Shown: piece by piece, positions 58,230 to 64,000 of the stretch
Layout of the letters: each line of letters starts with the position of its first letter
Position numbering within the stretch: the stretch's first letter is position 1
DNA from: Oscillospiraceae bacterium
GTDB taxonomy: Bacteria > Bacillota > Clostridia > Oscillospirales > CAG-272
Assembly: GCA_015064685.1 (NCBI GenBank)
Contig: SVRT01000011.1
Span: 9,401 to 73,400 of the forward strand
Direction of reading: 5' to 3'
DNA: 64,000 bases
Made by a program: the position numbers and the translations under genes
Notes under the pieces: generated by a model
Database searches by the model: none
What the model saw: the letters and a program-made list of their open reading frames with translations, nothing else
What the model was told of the DNA's origin: nothing

Positions 58230-59216
58230 TTATATTATATCATTTCCCACGGGAGTATAGAAAAGCTTTGCAAATTCTGAGGCGGTCTTGCACTGCGGGA
58301 GCGCCCACATTACTTTGGCAACGACGGTTTCGGTAGTCATATCATATGCCTCGGGAAGCTCGTATTTCTGCTTGATACGGAGTCCGACCTGATAGACTCC
58401 CATATCGCTTCCCTCGTGCGGCACCTGCGTCGTGATGACGATGCGAACTCCTTTTTCTATAAGCGTTTCTATTTTCTCGACGAATTCGTCGTTATCGTAA
58501 TATGGCAATCCGCCCACACCGAAGCTCTCGATGATGACAGCGTGGTAACGGTCTGCAATAAAGTCAAAAATATCCGCGCTCATTCCGGGAATAAGCTTGA
58601 CCACTATGACGGACGGATCTATCTCATCGAAAAATGCCGTTTCTCCTACAGGTGTTTCTCTAATATAGTATTTGACCGATCCGCGGATAAAGCCGATCTC
58701 GGGATAGTCGATGCTTGAGAAGGCATTAAAGCTCTTCGTCCTCGTCTTTCTTGCGCGTGTCGCGGCGATGATCTTGTCGCCGAATACTATATGCACACCG
58801 CAAGCGTCATCATCAGCTGCGTACATAAACGCATCGGTAAGATTCTCTCGCGCATCTGTGTCGCGCTTCTCTATCGGTATCTGCGCTCCCGTCAGGACTA
58901 TCGGCTTTCTGCTGTTTTGTATGAGATAATGCAGCATTGCCGCCGCGTACGCCATAGTGTCTGTGCCGTGGGTAATTACGAATCCATCGTAATCATCATA
59001 TACCTTGCGGATATATCTTGTGACCTCAAGCCAATATTCGGGCTTCATATTCGTGCTGTCAAGATTGTATAGCTGCACCGTTGAAACGCGGCAGATATTT
59101 CTTACCTCGGGTACGTGGGAGAGCAATTGATCGGATGCGAGGGCGGGTACGAGACCGTTTTCGCTCTCCGCGCTTGCTATCGTGCCTCCCGTTGTGATCA
59201 AAAGTATATGCTTCAT
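58230..59216 (-). CDS. ansA: Type I L-asparaginase
   Basis: LLITTGGTIAS catalytic Thr motif and the HGTDTM motif. Confidence 0.9.
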   Translation of the reverse strand: MKHILLITTGGTIASAESENGLVPALASDQLLSHVPEVRNICRVSTVQLYNLDSTNMKPEYWLEVTRYIRKVYDDYDGFVITHGTDTMAYAAAMLHYLIQNSRKPIVLTGAQIPIEKRDTDARENLTDAFMYAADDDACGVHIVFGDKIIAATRARKTRTKSFNAFSSIDYPEIGFIRGSVKYYIRETPVGETAFFDEIDPSVIVVKLIPGMSADIFDFIADRYHAVIIESFGVGGLPYYDNDEFVEKIETLIEKGVRIVITTQVPHEGSDMGVYQVGLRIKQKYELPEAYDMTTETVVAKVMWALPQCKTASEFAKLFYTPVGNDII

Positions 59217-59223
59217 AATGCTC

Positions 59224-59727
59224 CTATTCTTTAAAGGTTATGCTGAATTTCTTCTCAGGTGGAAAGAACTCACCAAGCTCAATGCCCTCAATCCTTGTCT
59301 TTAACGGAAATGCGATATCGGGTGCGATCTTTCCGGCTTTGATTACCTCATCAACTTCTCCGCAAAAAAGCGTAGCGTGAGGGACCCAATCGAATCCGTT
59401 TGCGTAATCACACTCAAAGCTCTTCCGAAGCTTGATAAGTTCATCGGTTATTTCCGGCTCAAGAAAGAAAACCTTATTACCAAAGTTATTATATCTGTTG
59501 AGCGATATTTCAAACGGCTTTGCCGTCTCGCCGACATTTTTTATCTGTTCAATAACCGCTTCAAGCTCATCTGCTGGATAGCTTCCTAGAGTCAGGTGAA
59601 ACGGTATTCCCATCGTCTGTGTTCCATCGGAAATATTACTGATCAGATGTTCCTGTATCTCCGCAAGCTTCATTTGCGTTTCGGCATCGAACACCGCCAT
59701 AACAGTCAAAAATTTTCGATTATTCAT
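59224..59727 (-). CDS. 2H phosphoesterase / LigT-like 2'-5' RNA ligase family protein
   Basis: Two H-x-T-x motifs: FHLTLG and PHATLF. Confidence 0.75.
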   Translation of the reverse strand: MNNRKFLTVMAVFDAETQMKLAEIQEHLISNISDGTQTMGIPFHLTLGSYPADELEAVIEQIKNVGETAKPFEISLNRYNNFGNKVFFLEPEITDELIKLRKSFECDYANGFDWVPHATLFCGEVDEVIKAGKIAPDIAFPLKTRIEGIELGEFFPPEKKFSITFKE

Positions 59728-60440
59728 ATTCCGAACCCACCGTCAACGCCAATTATCTGCGCTGTGATAAACGATGCCTTTTCGCTCGCAAGAAAATAAA
59801 CAAGCTCCGCAACCTCAGCAGGGTCGCCGATTCGATAAAGAGGTGTCTGCTCGCAAAGCTCTGCAATGTCATCGTCATCGTAGCAGGCGTTCATATCTGT
59901 GTCGATCACACCGGGCTCAACGCAATTGACTCTCACGCCTGACGGACCGAGCTCCTTTGCCATAGACAAGGTAAGTCCGCGTATTCCTGCCTTACTCGTC
60001 GAATACGCGACCTCGCAGGATGCACCGCATCTGCCCCATACGGAGCCAATATTAACGATAGCACCCGATTGCTGTCTGACAAAATCGTGAGCCGCGGCGC
60101 GGCTCATATAAAACGCACTTGAGAGGTTGGTATTTATCACCCTCACCCACTCATCGTCGGTCATATCGGTGACAAGTCCCGAAGAACTGATACCCGCGTT
60201 GTTGACGAGAATATCGACGCCGCCGAGATACTCCACAGCCTTATTATACGCCCACTCGGCGTCTTCGGGGTCCGAAAGATCCGCCTTTATCGGATATGCA
60301 CCTGTTTCATCCGCGCACTCCTCTGCAGCCTCGTCGTTTGAGCAATAGATAAACGCTACCGCGCAATCGTTTTCCGAAAACAGCTCAACGCACGCGCGAC
60401 CGATACCGCGCGATCCGCCTGTAACTATAACCTTTTTCAT
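59724..60440 (-). CDS. SDR family oxidoreductase (FabG-like)
   Basis: TGGSRGIGRA cofactor motif and the YSTSK catalytic motif. Confidence 0.9.
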   Translation of the reverse strand: MKKVIVTGGSRGIGRACVELFSENDCAVAFIYCSNDEAAEECADETGAYPIKADLSDPEDAEWAYNKAVEYLGGVDILVNNAGISSSGLVTDMTDDEWVRVINTNLSSAFYMSRAAAHDFVRQQSGAIVNIGSVWGRCGASCEVAYSTSKAGIRGLTLSMAKELGPSGVRVNCVEPGVIDTDMNACYDDDDIAELCEQTPLYRIGDPAEVAELVYFLASEKASFITAQIIGVDGGFGI

Positions 60441-60549
60441 AAAAATTACCTCTCAAAGCCATTTTTGACGTTTGGACTCCTATTAACATAGATTATATCA
60501 TTGAATAAGCTCTTTTTCAATAGAAAAATGAATTTTTTCCCAAAAAGGC

Positions 60550-60578
60550 TTGAAAAACGGCCAAGAATATTGTATAAT
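60550..60578 (+). promoter_or_regulatory. Sigma-A promoter for rhaA
   Basis: TTGAAA, 17 nt, TGtTATAAT. Confidence 0.5.
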
Positions 60579-60647
60579 GACATATGGTGATTTTTGGTCA
60601 CCTTAACTGAGAAATAAAAATTTGATAAACATATCAGGAGGTCATTT

Positions 60648-61898
60648 ATGGCAAACGCAAGATACGAATCTGCTCGCGAGATCTACGCAAGATACGGCGT
60701 TGACACCGAGGCGGCTATCGCTTCTCTTTCCGACATCCGCATTTCTATGCACTGCTGGCAGGCAGACGACGTTCTCGGATTCGAGGGTACAGGCGCACTT
60801 TCCGGCGGTATCCAGACCACGGGTAACTATCCCGGACGCGCAAGAAACCCCGAGGAGCTCTTCGCAGACCTTGACAAGGCTCTTTCTCTCATCCCCGGAA
60901 CACATAAGATAAACGTTCACGCCAACTACGCTATCGCTGAGGACGGCGAGATCATCGATAGAGACACTATTGAGCCCCGTCACTTCAAGAAGTGGGTAGA
61001 GTTCGCAAAGAAGCATAACTGCGGTCTCGATTTCAATCCCACATTCTTCTCTCACCCAAAGGCTGACGGTCTTACCCTCTCAAGCCCCGACGATGAGATC
61101 AGAAACTTCTGGATCAGACACGGTATCGCTTGTGTAAAGATCTCCGAGTATTTTGCTAACGAGACCGGTTACCCCTGTGTTATGAACATCTGGACCGGCG
61201 ACGGTATGAAGGATATCCCCGGCGACAGACTTGGTCCCCGTCAGAGATACGCTGACTCGATCGATAAGATCCTCGCTTGCGGATACGACAAGAGTAAGGT
61301 ATACGTAACCGTTGAGTCCAAGGTATTCGGTATCGGCGTTGAGGCTTACACGGTAGGTTCCGCTGAGTTCTCTCTCGCATACGCTATGACCAGAGGAATC
61401 ACTCCTCTTATGGATAACGGTCACTATCATCCCACCGAGGTAGTTTCGGATAAGATCCCCGCGCTCCTCGTATTCTCCGACAAGATCGCGCTCCACATCA
61501 CACGTCCTATCCGTTGGGACTCCGACCACGTTGTTGCTTACGACGATGAGACGAGAGAGATGATGAAGGAGGTCGTTCGTTGCAATGCTCTTGACAGAGT
61601 GTTCCTCGCAACCGACTACTTCGATGCATCCATCAACCGTGTAGCGGCTCTCGTTATCGGTATGAGAAACGTGCAGAAGGCTCTTCTTAATGCTCTTCTT
61701 ACTCCTAACGCTGATATCAAGAAGTATCAGGATGAGGGCAACTATACTATGATGCTCGCAATGCAGGAGGAGATCAAGACTCTTCCCATGGGCGACGTAT
61801 GGATGGAATTCTGCGAGAGAAACGGCGTTGCAGGCTGCTCATGCTGGCTCAAGGAGATCGAAAAGTACGAAAAGGAAGTTCTTTCTAAGAGAGTTTGA
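60648..61898 (+). CDS. rhaA: L-rhamnose isomerase
   Basis: N-terminus YESAREIYARYGVDTEAAIASLSDIRISMHCWQADDVLGFE is typical of RhaA. Length is 416 aa. Confidence 0.9.
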   Translation: MANARYESAREIYARYGVDTEAAIASLSDIRISMHCWQADDVLGFEGTGALSGGIQTTGNYPGRARNPEELFADLDKALSLIPGTHKINVHANYAIAEDGEIIDRDTIEPRHFKKWVEFAKKHNCGLDFNPTFFSHPKADGLTLSSPDDEIRNFWIRHGIACVKISEYFANETGYPCVMNIWTGDGMKDIPGDRLGPRQRYADSIDKILACGYDKSKVYVTVESKVFGIGVEAYTVGSAEFSLAYAMTRGITPLMDNGHYHPTEVVSDKIPALLVFSDKIALHITRPIRWDSDHVVAYDDETREMMKEVVRCNALDRVFLATDYFDASINRVAALVIGMRNVQKALLNALLTPNADIKKYQDEGNYTMMLAMQEEIKTLPMGDVWMEFCERNGVAGCSCWLKEIEKYEKEVLSKRV

Positions 61899-61915
61899 GC
61901 TTAGTACATACATAG

Positions 61916-61949
61916 AAAAGATCCAAGTGCCAAGGCACTTGGATCTTTT
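61916..61949. terminator. Bidirectional intrinsic terminator
   Basis: 16-bp arms aaaagatccaagtgcc / ggcacttggatctttt. Confidence 0.85.
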
Positions 61950-62797
61950 CAGTTTTTATCTTTTATTTTGGGCTTATGCATATTCTCGCTTCTCCACGCG
62001 TATGGGGAGAGCCCGTAATGCTTTTTGAAGCTTCGTGAGAAATATTCTATGCTCGGGAAGCCGCAAAGCTCCGAGACCTCTCTTATCGACATATCGTCGT
62101 TGAGGAGGAGCTGTCCTGCTCTTTGCATCTTCTTTTTCATTACGTATTCCATTATTGTAATGCCGAATTCCTTTTTGAAATGCTCGGTCAAGGTGACAGT
62201 ACTGTAATGGAGATTCCAGCTTATATCCGAGAGCGTGATCTTCCTTGAGATATTGTGCTTGACGTAGCTTTTTACGAGCTGTCCTATCGTCATATCTCCG
62301 TCGACCATAAGATTATTCGCCTCGATATACTCAGCGATCATCGGAAGGAGATATGCAAACGCTTCAAGCTTTTCCTTAGGATAGCTTGGCGTGCTCAATA
62401 TACTTTTCTCGAGTATTTTTTTATCAAGCGAGGGAGAGACGTCAAGCGCTCTTTTAAGCACTTCCTGCTTTGCCCCTTCGTTATCCTCAATTCCCATTCC
62501 GAGAAAAATATAGCCTATAACGTCATCGTTCTTTTTTATGGGCATAATAGCCTCGTAAATACCAAAAGGACAGCGATAGATCGCGAGTCCGCCGCTCTCT
62601 CTTGCCTTCTCCATTCCGCATTTATCGGATTCAAGGCAAAGCTCGAGGCATTTTTCGGATTTGTGTATGCAGGTGCAGAAAAGAGCTCCCGAATAGCGAC
62701 GGGAAAAAATCTTATTCTTACTGTTGAGTATCGCAATATCCATTCCCGATATCTCGTAGAAATTCTGGAGGATCTCCTCAATTTTAGAGGTATTCAA
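61949..62797 (-). CDS. AraC family regulator with a PocR-like sensory domain
   Basis: Cys-rich N-terminal sensor (CTCIHKSEKCLELC...YRCPFG) of PocR type, plus a C-terminal AraC HTH. Confidence 0.75.
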   Translation of the reverse strand: MNTSKIEEILQNFYEISGMDIAILNSKNKIFSRRYSGALFCTCIHKSEKCLELCLESDKCGMEKARESGGLAIYRCPFGIYEAIMPIKKNDDVIGYIFLGMGIEDNEGAKQEVLKRALDVSPSLDKKILEKSILSTPSYPKEKLEAFAYLLPMIAEYIEANNLMVDGDMTIGQLVKSYVKHNISRKITLSDISWNLHYSTVTLTEHFKKEFGITIMEYVMKKKMQRAGQLLLNDDMSIREVSELCGFPSIEYFSRSFKKHYGLSPYAWRSENMHKPKIKDKN

Positions 62798-63036
62798 GGC
62801 GTCTCACCATCCTTCCCTGCACCCGTGTATCCGAGTTGCGGTTCTATAGGGTAATAATAACACAATTAATAAATTTTTTCAAGTATTAATGCAAAAAAAG
62901 GCCAATTTTTATCGATTTGTCAAATTAACTTATTGATTTGATATTGTATACAAACCAATTCTTTGTTACAATGTAATCATAGGCGGTGACGCTCTGTCAC
63001 TCAAAAATGAATAAAACTGATATTTCGGAGGTTTTT

Positions 63037-64000
63037 ATGAAAGACGGAAAAATCGTAGCAGGTGTCGTTGGTCTTCAGTTTGGACTGAGACATCTTGACG
63101 GAATCATTGCAAATGGATATGAGGTGGGAGGAATTTGCGACAACCTTCCCGGCAGAGTTGAGGAGTACGGCGCAGAGTATAAGCTTCCCCCCGAGAAATA
63201 TTACACCGACTGGCACGATATGCTTAATATCGGTCTTGACGTTGTAGTTATTGCAGTTCCCGATATGTTACATAGAGAGCTTGCAGTAGCATTCCTTGAC
63301 GCAGGTGTAAACGTTCTTTGTGAAAAGCCCTTGGCGCTCAATCACGAGGACCTTTGTGCAATCGCAAAGGCTGAGGCGAGAAGCACCGCTCGCTTTATGT
63401 GCGGTCAGATCTGCCGCTTCACCCCCTCCTTCGTTAAGGCTAAGGAGATCGTGGATGCAGGAACCATCGGAGAGGTTTACTTCGTTGAGTCCGAGTACGC
63501 TCACGACTATATGAAGATCCTCGCAGACGAAAAGATCTGGAGAGCTGATCCTCGCCGTCACGGTGTTATCGGAGGTGGATGCCACGCAGTCGACCTTCTC
63601 CGTTGGATCGCAGGCGACCCCGAGGAGGTCTGTGCTTACGGTACGCACAAGCTCCTTCCCCAGGTTCCCTACGACGACGCTACGATCGCTATCCTTAAGT
63701 TCCCCAACAACATTATCGGTAAGGTTTTCGTATCCACGGGTTGCAAGAGAAACTACACGATGCGTACCCTTATCTACGGAACTAAGGGTACAATTATCTG
63801 TGACAACACGTCTAAGACTCTTACTCTCTTCACAGTTGACGAGGAGGGCGTAACAAAGAAACCCGCAGAGGAGATAGAGCTCGAGGTCAACAACCACAAC
63901 GCGCAGAAGGAGATCGCTGTTTTCGTTGATGCTATCCTTAACGACAAGCCTCTTATGATGTCCGCAATCGAGGGCGGTAAGAGTGCCGCTGCTTGCATAG
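63037..64000 (+). CDS. Gfo/Idh/MocA family oxidoreductase (3' end beyond the window)
   Basis: ATG 63037 with GGAGG at 63027-63031. The frame is open to the window end. Translation MKDGKIVAGVVGLQFGLRH...VLCEKPLA. It is not in the ORF track because there is no stop codon. Confidence 0.85.
   Translation, partial: MKDGKIVAGVVGLQFGLRHLDGIIANGYEVGGICDNLPGRVEEYGAEYKLPPEKYYTDWHDMLNIGLDVVVIAVPDMLHRELAVAFLDAGVNVLCEKPLALNHEDLCAIAKAEARSTARFMCGQICRFTPSFVKAKEIVDAGTIGEVYFVESEYAHDYMKILADEKIWRADPRRHGVIGGGCHAVDLLRWIAGDPEEVCAYGTHKLLPQVPYDDATIAILKFPNNIIGKVFVSTGCKRNYTMRTLIYGTKGTIICDNTSKTLTLFTVDEEGVTKKPAEEIELEVNNHNAQKEIAVFVDAILNDKPLMMSAIEGGKSAAACI

Noticed and set aside
63268-63897. 209-aa minus-strand ORF in the ORF track
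   Set aside because: It lies entirely antisense to a well-supported Gfo/Idh/MocA gene (63037 onward, with an RBS and conserved motifs). It has no RBS and a Val/Leu/Ser-rich composition typical of antisense shadow ORFs.
1-64000. tRNA, rRNA, CRISPR arrays, IS elements and prophage genes
   Set aside because: All intergenic regions except 5424-5935 are short and are accounted for by promoters and terminators. I saw no tRNA-like, repeat-spacer or transposase-like sequence. A tRNAscan/Infernal run would be needed to be definitive.

Overview
This 64 kb chromosomal window comes from an endospore-forming Firmicute, probably a member of the Clostridia. The evidence for that is spoIVA, the ymcB/ymcA-like miaB-ricA synteny, and many TTGACA-17-TGnTATAAT promoters. 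Most of the window is housekeeping. It includes rluA-family, murA, spoIVA, radA and rny. One long minus-strand block runs miaB-ricA-mutS-mutL-tgt-HAD-tldD-pmbA. Further housekeeping genes are an M16 peptidase pair, lgt, folD, mrp, rpmF, yceD and tmcAL. Several AraC-controlled cytoplasmic carbohydrate loci are interspersed, and they contain large proteins I cannot assign to a family. I found no rRNA, tRNA, CRISPR array, transposase or integrase. The strongest accessory signal is a self-contained three-gene cassette at about 19.1-24.6 kb. It encodes a TerB_N/TerB_C protein, a DUF2791/BrxD-like ATPase and an Lhr-like DEAD/DEAH helicase, which is the architecture of the Shango anti-phage system, whose mechanism is unknown. 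It has its own perfect consensus promoter and a strong terminator, and it sits between radA and rny. Secondary leads are: (1) a heterodimeric ABC exporter whose two subunits each carry an N-terminal cytoplasmic domain plus a zinc ribbon, with a DUF1854 gene between them; (2) an identical CTHDCSSCS cysteine motif on two unrelated proteins; (3) a NUDIX/PPase-like/NUDIX cassette; (4) unassigned glycoside-hydrolase-like proteins. All functional calls come from reading motifs by eye in the supplied translations. No database search was run.
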